In this document: positions 1 through 10,862 of the stretch, in pieces
Layout of the letters: each line of letters begins with the position of its first letter
Numbering within the stretch: the stretch's first letter is position 1
The notes under the pieces: generated by a model
The model's database searches: none
Told to the model about the DNA's origin: nothing
The model's input: only the letters and a program-made list of their open reading frames with translations
DNA from: an uncultured Acidobacteriota bacterium
Lineage (GTDB): Bacteria > Acidobacteriota > UBA6911
NCBI GenBank assembly: GCA_963843575.1
Contig: CAWJKZ010000010.1
Coordinates: 224,001 to 288,000, forward strand
Direction of reading: 5' to 3'
Length of the DNA: 64,000 bases
Translations under genes and position numbers: made by a program

Positions 1-608
1 TCGACAGCACCCCGGACCTGATCTCGGCCACTGTCGCCAAGGTGAAGGCCGCAGGACTCGACCTTTACGGCGGCGGCGTGATTTACATGAGGAACGAAGC
101 GGAAGTGAACAACGCGTTCGAGTACGCAAAGCGGGCGGGGATGCGCATCATCATCGGCGTCCCCAATCACGACCTGCTTCCGCTGGTCAACCGCAAGGTC
201 CAGGAATACGACATCCGGGTCGCGATCCACAATCACGGCCCGGGGGACAAAGTCTACCCGACGCCGCAGAGCGCCCATGAGAAGATAGCGTCGCTGGACC
301 GGCGGCTCGGGCTGTGCATCGACGTCGGCCACACGATGCGCTCCGGCATCGACCCCTCGGAGCCCGCACTGAAGTACGCCGACCGCCTGATGGACGTCCA
401 CATCAAGGACTGCACAGCAGCCAGGGCCGAGGGAGAGACGGTCGAGATCGGCCGCGGGGTCATCGACATACCGAAATTCCTCCGCACCCTGCAGAAGATC
501 AACTACTCGGGGTCTGTGTCGCTGGAGTACGAGAAGGATGCCAAGGACCCCCTGCCGGGGGCAGCCGAATCCATAGGATACCTGCGCGGCGTCCTGCGCA
601 CCCTGTGA
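1..608 (+). CDS. Sugar phosphate isomerase/epimerase (xylose isomerase-like TIM barrel), 5' end outside window
   Basis: Frame is open from the window edge; motifs AIHNHGP, CIDVGH, DVHIKD, SLEYE. Confidence 0.85.
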   Translation, partial: DSTPDLISATVAKVKAAGLDLYGGGVIYMRNEAEVNNAFEYAKRAGMRIIIGVPNHDLLPLVNRKVQEYDIRVAIHNHGPGDKVYPTPQSAHEKIASLDRRLGLCIDVGHTMRSGIDPSEPALKYADRLMDVHIKDCTAARAEGETVEIGRGVIDIPKFLRTLQKINYSGSVSLEYEKDAKDPLPGAAESIGYLRGVLRTL

Positions 609-638
609 GCGTCAAAGCAGCCCGGGATAGGGGGCAAT

Positions 639-2937
639 ATGCGTCAGCGCATGGCGATCTCCTCCTTGTGGGCCCAGGCCGCGCTGCTGACCTTCGTTAT
701 CGGCTTCGCGATCCTGGGGTATCTGGCCTACCGAGTCCAATGGGATTACCCGCCGGTTCCTACCCAGGTACGGCTGACCGGCGGGACCACGGTCTTCACC
801 GGCGCGGACATCATGGCCGGTCAGCACCTGTTCCAGAAATACGGACTCATGCAGTTCGGCTCCATCTTCGGCCACGGCGCCTACCTGGGACCCGACTTCA
901 CGGCCCAGTACCTGCACCGTGCTGCGGTAGCGATGCTTCACCACCTCGCGGCCGGAGATCCACCCGGACCCGAGGTGCGCGCCCGGGTTGAGCGCGAGCT
1001 CAAGGCGAACCGGTACGACCCGCTGAGCGGGGCTCTCGAATACACCGAGGCGCAGGCGGTGGCATTCGGCGAACTGACGGCATTCTACGGCGATTTCTTC
1101 GGCGACGCGTCGCGCCAGACCGGTCCGACGCGCGTTCAGCATCGTCGACCCGCAGGACGTCAGGCGGCTGACCGCCTACTTCGCCTGGTCGGCCTGGGTT
1201 GCGACGGCACGACGGCCCGGGCTACCCTACTCCTATACGAACAACTGGCCGCCGGAGCCGCTGGCCGGCAACGCGCCCGACGGCCGACGCGTTCCTCTGG
1301 AGCGTCCTGAGCCTGATCACCCTGCTCGGCGGCACCGGCGCCGTCCTGTTCGTCGTCGGGCGCTACGACCTGCTGGGCTGGCATCGCGCCGACGAGGAGG
1401 AGCCGGGCCGCAGCATCGCTTTCCGGCCGCCGGAGGAGGTCCGCCTGACCCCGTCACAGCGGGCCACGGCCTGGTACTTCCTGGTGATCGCCGGGCTGTT
1501 CCTGCTGCAGGGGCTGCTTGGCGGCGTCAACGCCCACTACCACGTCGAACCGAGCGGTTTCTACGGCGTCGACATCGGCCGCTGGCTGCCGTACAACCTG
1601 TCGCGCATGTGGCACCTGCAGCTGGCGCTGTTCTTCGTCGCCGCCAGCTTCCTGGCCATGGGAATCTTCATCGCCCCGATGATCGCCCGCCGCGAGCCGA
1701 AGCACCAGGACAAGCTTGCGCATCGCCCTGTTCGGCGCAGTGGTCGTGGTCGTCGTCGGGAGCCTGCTGGGCGAGGCTGCCAGCCTCAAGGACTACATCC
1801 CCACCGCGGCCCTTGGTTCTGGATCGGCGCCCAGGGCTGGGAGTACCTCGATCTCGGGCGGCTCTGGCAGATCCTGCTGATGGTCGGCATGGTCTTCTGG
1901 GTCGTGATCCTCGTGCGCGGACTGTGGCATCGGCTGGCCGGCGAACACCCGGGCAATCTGCCTTACCTGTTCCTCTACAGCGCGCTCTCGATCCCGCTCT
2001 TCTATGCCGTGGGCATGGCCTTCGGCAAGAACGCCAACTTCGCCGTGATGGACTTCTGGCGGTTCTGGGTCGTTCACCTCTGGGTCGAGGATTTCCTGGA
2101 ACTGTTCACCACCATCATGGTGGCGTACATCTTCGTGCTGCTGGGCGTCGTTCGCCCGCCACGGCCACGCGAGTCGTCTATCTCGACATCATCCTCTATT
2201 CCATCGGCGGCGTGATCGGCACGATGCACCACCTGTACTTCAGCGGCGCCCCGGCCATTCACATGGCATTGGGGGCGTTCTTCTCCGCCATGGAAGTGAT
2301 CCCGCTGGTGCTGCTGACCTTCGAGGCCTGGCGCTTCATGCGGCTGGGCGGCCAGCCGCACCGGCAGCTCCGTCCTCGGGACACCGTCGCAGCCGACTTC
2401 CCGCACAAGTGGGCCGTGATGTTCCTGATCGCCGTCGGCTTCTGGAACTTCTTCGGGGCCGGGGTGTTCGGCTTCCTCATCAACCTGCCCATCGTGAGCT
2501 ACTACGAGATCGGCACCGCGTTCACCGCCAATCACGCCCACGGGGCGATGATGGGCGTGTACGGCATGTTGGCCATCGGCTTCTTCATGTTCGTCGCCCG
2601 ATACTTCATCCCGCCCGACCGGCGCAGCGAGCGGGCCATGAAGGTCTCGTTCTGGAGCCTGAACATCGGCCTGGCCTTGATGGTGCTCGTCAACCTGATT
2701 CCGCTCGGGCGCGCTGCAACTCTACGACAGCTTCTCAGAACGGCTACTGGCACGCCCGCGAGCCGGAGTTCTTCCAGCAGCCGGAGGTGCGGCTGATCGA
2801 GTGGCTGCGCATGCCCGGCGACGTGCTGTTCATCGTCGGCGGGATCCTGCCGGTCGTTTACCTGGCGGTGAGGATGTTCCGGCAACCGCAAGCGGCGCGA
2901 ACCGGTGGAGGAGCCCGAGCGGTTGACTGCCGGTTGA
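639..2937 (+). CDS. norB: Quinol-dependent nitric oxide reductase (qNOR), split by several single-base indels
   Basis: Consecutive frames give GSIFGHGAYLGPDFTA, YTNNWP, WHLQL, WVVHLWVEDFLELF, GTMHHLYF, ANHAHGAMMGVYG and LRMPGD. Reconstructed stop TGA at 2935-2937. Confidence 0.9.
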
Positions 2938-2950
2938 TCCGGCGAGGCGC

Positions 2951-3007
2951 CTGGTGTTTCGGCTCTCGGGCGTTTGCGGCAAGCGGCGCCGAGGCGCCGC
3001 ACTCCAG
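2951..3007. repeat. REP/REPIN family A, copy 1 (degenerate left arm)
   Basis: AAGCGGCGCCGAGGCGCCGCACTCCAG at 2981-3007, also found at about 27284-27310 and nearly so at about 15018-15046. Lies between convergent genes. Confidence 0.75.
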
Positions 3008-3009
3008 GG

Positions 3010-4433
3010 TCAGAACGACAGCAGGCACTGCCAGGCATACATGTTGGCGAGCGCGTCGGTGCTTTGCCAGATGCGGCGAACGATGGTCTTCGTCTCCCTG
3101 GATGGGGGGGAGCGTGCGCACCTTCTCCTCCCAGGGGATGCAGACGCCGGCCGCCTGAGAGTGACGCTCCGGGCGGCAGACAGCGTCGCCCGGGAGCGGC
3201 GCGGGTGCGCTCCATTCGGTCGGTGCCGACGAGTAGACGCCGTACTCGCGGACGGCTTCGGTCAGGGCGCGCAGGTTGTCCGGATTGGTGTCGTTCTGCA
3301 TTATGGCGCTCGCGTCGGCGATGTAGCCGCCGTCGCGCGCGACCCCGTCGATCACCTTCCGGCAATGATCGCGCACCTGCTCGGGTGTGCCGAAACTGAG
3401 CAGCACATTCGGGATGCCGCCGCTGAGGCAGAACTTGTGGCCGATCCTGCGGTGGGCCTCGAAGATGTCCCCCTTGTCGACGTGGAACACGATGCTGCGG
3501 TCGGGGAGCTCGGCGAAGCTGTCGAGGTGGTCGTTCCAGTTCCCCTCGGCGTAGAAGAGCGTCTGGTGGCCGTGCGCCCAGAGTTCCTCGATGATCGGCT
3601 TCAGCGTGGGCCAGTAATGCGACGCGAATTGGCCCGGCGTGACGAACGGCACGCAGCCGCGGTGCATCCAGAAACCGACCGGGACTTGCCTGTCGGGATC
3701 GGCGCTGCTCAGCGCGACGTGCAGCAGGTGCGGGGCCAGCGCCTCGCAGGCCGCCAGCACTTTCCCGGGGCGTTCGACCATGTCCATGGTCAGGCCCAGA
3801 AACCCGCGCAGCTTGTCGCCGATGATGTCGAACGGGGCCTTGAGAATCCCGGAGATCGCGGAGACGGTGCCGGACTCCGAACGGAGTCGCGCGGCCTGCG
3901 GGCCGAAGGCGTTGAAGTACTGCATCATGGCCATGCCGCCGCGCAGGAACGAGAGGTTGTTGCGATACGTGTTCGGGCTGCCCGGGCCGCACGACGTCGG
4001 CCGACACGCGGGGGAGCCAGACGTTGAGGAGGAAGGCGGTCGGGTCGTCGATGAGCTGGTCGTACTCGTCGGCCCGCATCCACGACTCGTCCATGGCGGG
4101 CTCCCGGTACTGGAACCCGGTGTCGGCCGGGATGTGGATGCCGGGAACCCCGTAGTATTTCAGGCCGATCGCCTCGGTGAGTCCCGTCCAGACATACACC
4201 ATGTTCGAGACCACCGCGTCCCAGTCGTAATCCGCCGCGCACCTGCGTGCGGCGGCGAAGGCGAGCTCGTAGTCGTGCGTGACCTGCTGCGCCGTGTAGC
4301 CCGCGTACCGCGCGGTGAACTCCGCAACGAACGGGCGGATGGGGACGCAGTCCGGCTTCCCGTTGTTCATCGCCGTGACATAGCGACGCAACCGCTCCTG
4401 ATACAGCCCTTCCATCACCACGCTCCCGTCCAT
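3010..4433 (-). CDS. Uroporphyrinogen decarboxylase / MtaA-CmuA methyltransferase superfamily protein, frameshifted near 3980 and 3100
   Basis: N-terminal PDCVPIRP; APFDIIGDKLRG; YWPTLKPIIEEL; CLSGGIPN; DGGYIAD. The frames join into about 470 aa. Confidence 0.8.
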
Positions 4434-4649
4434 AGGCAACACCTCGCGCCAGTTTCGTCCGCAGTCTGGAAGTGCGGCTTGTCAGAACTTTATACGCGTC
4501 TTGAGCGGAAAACGCCAACGGGCTGACGAGTGAGGCGAGGCACGGCCAGTCTCGTCGCTTGCTCGAGGCGAGGACTTGAACTAATCCTGCGTTTCGAAGG
4601 GCTCGAGAGAATCTCGAAGCCCAGCTCGCTGCTGGCGCCGCCCGCGCAG

Positions 4650-5111
4650 TCATCGTCTGGGTGGGGTGATGGAGGCGTGATAATGCCAGACACGCCACTG
4701 GCCGTCATTCTTGCGCCACAGGATCGAGGCGCGGCCGGTGATGTCGCGGCTGTCCCCGGCCTTGTTCACCTGGGTTTGCACCCAGCGTCCGGTTTGCAGG
4801 GCGTTGTCCCCAAACTGGACGATGCGCATGTCATCCAGGAAGTCAAACTTCGTAATGCTGAAGTTGGTCACCGCGGCGGTCCAGACCCTCTTGAGACGGT
4901 CGAAGCCCGAAAGTGGACCTTCGTTGATATCGTAGTAGACGTTGGCCGGGCTCTTTTCGAACATCTCGTCGAGGATAGCCAAGTCCTTCGAGACGATCGC
5001 CGTGGTGAACCGTTTCGTTTTCGCACGGATTTCCGCCTCGACATCCTGCGCCGGCGCGCTGGCGCAGGGGAGGAACACAGCCAGAGTCAATACGGCCAGC
5101 CGAACCCTCAT
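4650..5111 (-). CDS. Exported NTF2/SnoaL-like (DUF4440-type) protein
   Basis: Signal peptide, GGAG RBS, C-terminal WRKNDGQWRVWHYHAS typical of the NTF2-like fold. Confidence 0.8.
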   Translation of the reverse strand: MRVRLAVLTLAVFLPCASAPAQDVEAEIRAKTKRFTTAIVSKDLAILDEMFEKSPANVYYDINEGPLSGFDRLKRVWTAAVTNFSITKFDFLDDMRIVQFGDNALQTGRWVQTQVNKAGDSRDITGRASILWRKNDGQWRVWHYHASITPPRR

Positions 5112-5202
5112 TTCCCCTCCTTGTCGTGTTGATCACACCCGCTTACGACAGGTTACACGAAATATTGTCGTATGCTAAGATTTCGGCAGTCTCGGGGAAA
5201 AG

Positions 5203-7842
5203 ATGTTGGCTCAACGATCCTTTGCGCATTACCGCATTGTGGCGAAGGTCGGGGCAGGCGGGATGGGGGAGGTCTTCCGTGCGACCGACACGCGACTGAA
5301 CCGCGACGTGGCCCTGAAGCTCTTGACGGGTCCGCTCGCCGAGGATCCCGCGCGCATGGCCCGTTTCGAACGGGAGGCGCAGGTCCTGGCGTCCCTTAAT
5401 CACCCGAACATCGCCGCCATCTACGGGCTCGAGGAAGCCGGCGGCACGCGCGCGCTGGCGATGGAGATGGTGGAAGGGCCCACCCTCGCGGACCGGATCG
5501 CGGCCGGTCCGGTGCCGCTCCTGGACGCGCTGGACATCGCCGCTCAGATCGCCGAGGCGCTCGAATACGCGCACGACCGGGGCATCGTACACCGCGACCT
5601 CAAGCCGGGAAATGTAAAGATCTCCAACGAGGGGATGGTGAAGGTGCTCGACTTTGGGCTCGCCAAGGCCGCCGAACCTTCGCTCCTGACGGGGGATCCC
5701 ATGAAGTCCCCGACCATCACGCTCCCGATCAGCCACATCGGCCTGATCATGGGGACGGCCGCCTACATGAGCCCTGAGCAGGCGAGCGGGCGCCCGGTGG
5801 ACAAGCGGAGCGATATCTGGTCGTTCGGCGTCGTCCTCTGGGAGCTGCTGACCGGGGAGCGGCTGTTCGACGGCGAGACCGTGTCGCACACCCTGGCCGA
5901 CATCCTGCGGGCCGAAATCGACCTGAGCAGGTTGCCGAGGCAGACGCCCGGAAGGGTGAGGACGCTGCTGGCGCGCTGCCTGGACCGCAACGTCAGGACG
6001 CGGCTGCGTGACATCGGCGAAGCCCGCATCGTCCTCGACGATCTCCTCGCAAATCCCGCGTCGGCTGCGGAGCCGGCGGAGGAGGCCCCGCGGCCGGCAC
6101 GGTCGATGTTCTGGCGGCTTCTGCCGTGGGCCGCGGCGCTGCTCCTGCTGGCCACGGCGGTGGGACTGGCCCTCTATCCGTATCGCGGCCGACGCACCGC
6201 GTCCTACCCCGTCCGGTTTGTCGTCCCGCAACCCCCGAAGGCAGTTGTGCGAGCCCAGGACATGCCGGTAATCTCGCCCGACGGGCAGACACTGGCATTC
6301 ACCGCCATCCACCCCAACGGCGACGCCTTGCTCTGGCTGCGCCCGCTGAACTCGCTCGAGGCGCGGCCGGTGCCCGGCACGGAAGCCGCCTACTTCCCCT
6401 TCTGGTCACCCGACAGCCGGGCGGTCGCATTTTTCTCGGGATCGAGGCTGAAGAAGGTGCAGGTGGCGGGCGGGGCGCCCGTCACCCTGTGCGAGGATCT
6501 CATGGCCTTGGGAATGGGCGGCACATGGAGCCGCGAGTCGGGGATCGTCATCGGCATCGAGGGGGGACCGCTGCAGCGTGTGACCGACTCGGGAGAAGCC
6601 GTCCCGCTGTTCAAGCTGGACCGGGGGCGCAACGAGACGTCGCAGATCTGGCCGCAGTTTCTACCCGACGGCCGATCCTTTCTCTACGTTTCCCGCAGCA
6701 CCAAGCCGGGCGCCATGGGCGTCTACACGGGCTCGATCGGAATGGACCGAACCAGGCAGCTGATGGGAGGAGAGACCGTTCCGTGGTTCGCACCGCCCGC
6801 ACACCTCCTGTTCACGCGTCAGCAGACACTTCTGGCGCAACCGTTCGACCCGCGCAAACTCGAGCTTTCCGGCGAGCCGTTTCTCGTGGCCGAAGGGGTG
6901 GGACGGATCATAGAGACACACGGGTCGCTCTACTCCGCCTCGCAGAACGGCACCATCGTCTACCGCGGCAGCAGCTCGCCGGGACAACAGATCGCGGCCT
7001 ACACGCGAGAGGGGCGATTCGTCTCCGCCATCGGTACCCCCGGGCTGATCCGGCAGATCGCGCTGTCGCCGGAGCAGAAGCGACTGGTAATGGAGCGGCT
7101 CGACACCAAGACGCGGACCTGGGATCTGTGGCTGTTTGAGTTGGAGGGCGGCATCTTGTCGCGACTGACTTTCGACCCTCTGAACGATTCCGATCCGGTA
7201 TGGTCCCCCGACAGCCGCAGGATCGCGTTCAACTCCGATCGCAACGGGGCGTTCGACCTATTCAGCAAGGAGATAGGCGGTATAGACGAGGCGCTGCTCC
7301 TGCGCTCGGCGGGCAAGAAAGTGCCGGAGGAGTGGCTGAAGGATGACACCATCTTGTTCGGGGACCAGGCCGGGCGACAGTATTTCCGGCTGGCGCTCGG
7401 CGGCCCGCGGGAGCCAGTGGAGCTACTGCACTCGGAATTCACGCACGACGAGCTGCACGTGTCAGCCGACCAGAAAACCGTGGCCTACGGCTCGATCGAA
7501 TCCGGGAGGTGGGAAGTCTACGTCGCGTCCTACCCCGGATGGACCAACAAACGTCAGGTCTCCAACAACGGCGGCGGACAGCCGCGCTGGAGAAACGACG
7601 GCAGGGAGCTTTATTACCTCAGCCCCGACGGCAGGATGATGGCCGTCGACGTGCGCGCCGGGACACGCATCGAAACTGGACCTCCCCGCGTGCTGTTTCA
7701 GACGCGCCTTCGGCCGGGCGCAACCATGGAGCAGTACGCCGTCACGGACGACGGCAACCGGTTCTTCCTCGTGGAGTCTATCCTGGAAGGCGATCAACCC
7801 ATGATCGTGCTATTGAACTGGACCGGGGGCGAATCCAGATAA
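5203..7842 (+). CDS. Hanks-type Ser/Thr kinase with TM helix and TolB/PD40 beta-propeller
   Basis: GAGGMGEV, VALK, HRDLKPGN, DFGLAK, YMSPEQ, DIWSFG; TM segment; repeated WSPD/ISPDG motifs. Confidence 0.95.
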   Translation: MLAQRSFAHYRIVAKVGAGGMGEVFRATDTRLNRDVALKLLTGPLAEDPARMARFEREAQVLASLNHPNIAAIYGLEEAGGTRALAMEMVEGPTLADRIAAGPVPLLDALDIAAQIAEALEYAHDRGIVHRDLKPGNVKISNEGMVKVLDFGLAKAAEPSLLTGDPMKSPTITLPISHIGLIMGTAAYMSPEQASGRPVDKRSDIWSFGVVLWELLTGERLFDGETVSHTLADILRAEIDLSRLPRQTPGRVRTLLARCLDRNVRTRLRDIGEARIVLDDLLANPASAAEPAEEAPRPARSMFWRLLPWAAALLLLATAVGLALYPYRGRRTASYPVRFVVPQPPKAVVRAQDMPVISPDGQTLAFTAIHPNGDALLWLRPLNSLEARPVPGTEAAYFPFWSPDSRAVAFFSGSRLKKVQVAGGAPVTLCEDLMALGMGGTWSRESGIVIGIEGGPLQRVTDSGEAVPLFKLDRGRNETSQIWPQFLPDGRSFLYVSRSTKPGAMGVYTGSIGMDRTRQLMGGETVPWFAPPAHLLFTRQQTLLAQPFDPRKLELSGEPFLVAEGVGRIIETHGSLYSASQNGTIVYRGSSSPGQQIAAYTREGRFVSAIGTPGLIRQIALSPEQKRLVMERLDTKTRTWDLWLFELEGGILSRLTFDPLNDSDPVWSPDSRRIAFNSDRNGAFDLFSKEIGGIDEALLLRSAGKKVPEEWLKDDTILFGDQAGRQYFRLALGGPREPVELLHSEFTHDELHVSADQKTVAYGSIESGRWEVYVASYPGWTNKRQVSNNGGGQPRWRNDGRELYYLSPDGRMMAVDVRAGTRIETGPPRVLFQTRLRPGATMEQYAVTDDGNRFFLVESILEGDQPMIVLLNWTGGESR

Positions 7843-7860
7843 TCCGGACGAACTGAAAAC

Positions 7861-7995
7861 CCGGAGTGCGGCCCCTCGGCCCCTCGGCCTCGCTTTCACT
7901 TACGTCCTACGGCCGGAATGCCCAGCGCCTCGCCGAATTGCGAGATGCGACCGTGCAACCCCGACCTGCGGTGGCGGCGAGCCGCCACACTTCAA
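7861..7995 (-). repeat. REP/REPIN family A, copy 2 (full length, about 135 bp)
   Basis: Reverse complement aligns end to end with 27179-27310, including the core GGTCGCATCTCGCAATTCGGCG...GCATTCC.GCCGTAGGACG..GTGAAAGCG. Confidence 0.8.
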
Positions 7996-8085
7996 AATCA
8001 ACCATCAGCCCGGCCCCACATGGTCGACCTTGAAATGCCCGCGGGGGGTGGCTAAGCTTCACCTATAGCGCTGCGGGGAACCTGA

Positions 8086-9244
8086 TTGCACAACCGGGTA
8101 GACAACACAATTTCGCACTACCGAATCCTTGAGAAGCTCGGCGCCGGAGGCATGGGCGACGTGTACAAGGCGGAGGACACGCGCCTGGGCCGCTACGTCG
8201 CCCTCAAATTATTGCCCTCCGACGCGCCTGCGGATCCGCAGGCGCTGGAGCGTTTTCGGAGGGAGGCACGCGCGGTGTCGGCCCTCAACCACTCCGGCAT
8301 CTGCACGCTCTATGACATCGACGAACACGACGGACGCCCCCTGATCGTCATGGAGTATCTCGAAGGGGACACGCTGCAGCACCGGATCGGCGGAAAACCG
8401 ATCCGATCCGACGAGTTGATCGACATCGCCATCCAGATCGCGGACGCGCTCGACGCTGCCCACTCGAGCGGCATCATCCACCGCGACATCAAGCCCGCGA
8501 ACATCTTCCTGACCCGGCGCGGCCAGGCCAAGATCCTGGATTTCGGATTGGCGAAGGCGGCAAGCGAAATGGCGCAGCCGCAGGATCCCTCGGGTGCGAC
8601 GGCGGTGACCTCAGGCGATACGCTCACCCGCTCCGGGGCCACGATGGGGACTGTCGCCTACATGTCGCCCGAGCAGGCCCGCGGCGAGGAGCTCGACGCC
8701 GCGAACGGACCTGTTCTCCTTCGGGGTTGTCCTCTACGAGATGTCGACCGGCTGCATGGCCTTTCCCGGCGCGACCTCGGCGGTGGTGTTCGACGCAATC
8801 CTGAACCGGGCTCCGGTGCCGCCGCTGAGGTTGAATCCGGGACTGCCGGCCGAGCTGGAGCGGATCATCGACAGACTGCTCGAAAAAGACCGCGAGGTGC
8901 GCTACCAGACCGCGTCCGATCTGCGGGCCGACCTCAAGCGCTTGAAGCGCGACTCGGAACCCCGCCGCTCGACCGCGGCACGGGCAGTCTCTTCGGCGCG
9001 GGACGGAGCACCTTTCGGTGTCCTGCGGAAGTGGGGTGTCGTGGCCTTGCTCCTGGTGGCAGCCATCGCGACCGCCTCGTTCTATTACTTCGGCCGCGCC
9101 CGCGCCTTCACCGAGAAAGACGTGATCCTGCTGACGGACTTCGTGAACACCACCGGCGATCCCATTTTCGACGGCACCCTGAAGCAGGCGCTGGCCGTGG
9201 GCCTCGAGCAGTCGATTGAACTTTTTCGTGCGGGCGGCGTCTAA
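8086..9244 (+). pseudogene. Ser/Thr kinase, indel near 8702 and truncated just after the start of its extracytoplasmic domain
   Basis: Full kinase motifs ([20 protein letters not shown]), TM helix, then [26 protein letters not shown] followed by unrelated sequence and a stop. Homologues of this type normally continue with a long TPR region. Confidence 0.7.
9218..9244 (+). promoter_or_regulatory. RpoE/ECF-type promoter
   Basis: GAACTT-N16-TCTAA about 50 bp upstream of the ATG at 9296. Confidence 0.55.
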
Positions 9245-9295
9245 CAGACAAGGGGTATTGTCGACGAAGTATTCGCGGCTCTCCAGGAGCAGATC

Positions 9296-10360
9296 ATGAC
9301 CACAGCCCTCTTGCTTGCGTTTCTTCTCGGGCTCCAGGGGACCGAGGCGCTTCCGCCGCTTCCCGACGAGAATCCCCTGCAAGTCAACGACGGTATCAAG
9401 CAGTTCCTGGCCGAGCACATCGACCCCCGGCTCTCGCCCCTGGGGCAGCTGGAAACGCTGGTGCGGGTGGTTTTCCGCGAGAACGCGCTGCACTTCACGT
9501 ACCAGCTCGAGACCCGCACGGCGGCCGAGACCTTTGAGAAGCGCGGGGGCAACTGTGTTTCGTTCACGTTCCTTCTGATCGCCATGGCGCGCCAACTCGG
9601 GCTGGACGCCCGGTTTCGCGAGGTCGACGTCGCCCCGACGTGGTCCCGGATCGGCACCCTGGTGAGCATGAGCGGTCACGTGAACGTGGCGGTGTATCTG
9701 GGGGGCCAGCCCTATGTCGTCGACCTGTTCCCGCAGGTCAGCCGGATAGAGATCGGCGGAAGCGTAGTGACCGACGGCCGGGCGCTCGCTCATTACTACA
9801 ACAACCGCGGCGTGGACAGGCTGGCCGCCGGGCAGACACAGGAGGCCCTCGCCTATTTCACCAAGGCCGTGCGGTGCGACCCGGAAATGTCTCGGTCCTG
9901 GGGGAACCTGGGGGTGGCGCACGCCCGCATCGGCAGGTTCCCCGACGCGGAGGCTTCGTACCGACGTGCGCTCGAGCTCGAGTCTGGAAACCTGGTGGCC
10001 ATGGGGAACCTCGCGATCCTTTACCGGCAGATGGGACGGGGCCGGGACGCGACGCGCTACGAGGCCAAGGCGCGGAAACTGCAGCTCAAGAATCCTTACT
10101 ACCACTTCGACCTCGGGATGCGGGCGTACGACGCCGGGGACTACCCGACGTCGGTCGCACACCTCAAGACCGCGCTCAAGCTCAAGCCCGTCGAGCACAA
10201 CTTCGACATGGCGATCGCCCGAGCGTACGTTCAACTGGGAGAGATGGATCGGGTGGCGGATTACCTCAAGCTCGCGGCGAAAAACGCCCCCAACGATGCC
10301 GCCAAACTGAGGTACGAAGAGAAGCTCGCGCTGCTGACCCGGGGCGGACGGGCTCATTGA
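9296..10360 (+). CDS. Exported transglutaminase-like (Cys-His-Asp) plus TPR protein
   Basis: Signal peptide; GNCVSF, GHVNV, VVDL triad candidates; TPR repeats (YYNNRG, WGNLG, MGNLA). Confidence 0.85.
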   Translation: MTTALLLAFLLGLQGTEALPPLPDENPLQVNDGIKQFLAEHIDPRLSPLGQLETLVRVVFRENALHFTYQLETRTAAETFEKRGGNCVSFTFLLIAMARQLGLDARFREVDVAPTWSRIGTLVSMSGHVNVAVYLGGQPYVVDLFPQVSRIEIGGSVVTDGRALAHYYNNRGVDRLAAGQTQEALAYFTKAVRCDPEMSRSWGNLGVAHARIGRFPDAEASYRRALELESGNLVAMGNLAILYRQMGRGRDATRYEAKARKLQLKNPYYHFDLGMRAYDAGDYPTSVAHLKTALKLKPVEHNFDMAIARAYVQLGEMDRVADYLKLAAKNAPNDAAKLRYEEKLALLTRGGRAH

Positions 10361-10462
10361 TACGTCGCACGACCGATCCGTCGACGCACCTCCAGCCCAC
10401 TTGTATTCCTTCGGGAACCAATATAAAACAAGGGAAACGGGTGCAACTTTGGAGCTCAGCCC

Positions 10463-10855
10463 ATGCAAATCAAGAGACAGCTGTCGGTTTTTCTCGAGAA
10501 CTCCCCGGGGGCGCTGGCGCGGCTGTGCCGCGCGTTTGCGGACGAGAACATAGACATCGTCGCGCACAGCGTTTCCGATTCGATCGACTACGCGGTATTC
10601 CGGTGCGTGGTCAGCGACCCGCTGCGGGCGGTTCATCTGCTCGAAACGGCCGGCAGTTTTGTCCTGGAAGAGGACGTGCTGGCGCTGCCGATCGACAACA
10701 AGCCCGGCAGCCTGGGTGAAGTGGCGGAGAAGCTCGCGCGGGCGCAGATCAACATCCACTACGCATACGGCAGCGCCTCCGGGAACGGACAGGGTTCATC
10801 TCTGCTGATCCTGAAGACCAGCGACCTTGGGAAAGCCCGGGAGGTGCTCGGATGA
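10463..10855 (+). CDS. Tandem ACT-domain protein
   Basis: QLSVFLENSPGAL and DNKPGSLGEVAEKLARAQINIHYAY. Confidence 0.9.
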   Translation: MQIKRQLSVFLENSPGALARLCRAFADENIDIVAHSVSDSIDYAVFRCVVSDPLRAVHLLETAGSFVLEEDVLALPIDNKPGSLGEVAEKLARAQINIHYAYGSASGNGQGSSLLILKTSDLGKAREVLG

Positions 10856-10862
10856 TCGGGGT

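Noticed and set aside
639-2937. qNOR as a putative NO dismutase (Nod)
   Set aside because: All FeB His ligands (HLWVE, MHH) and the catalytic Glu are canonical; the Nod-type substitutions are absent.
8624-10759. Long antisense or overlapping ORFs (for example 711 aa here, 651 aa at 46837, 586 aa at 58556)
   Set aside because: They are shadows of real genes in high-GC DNA, with no recognisable motifs.
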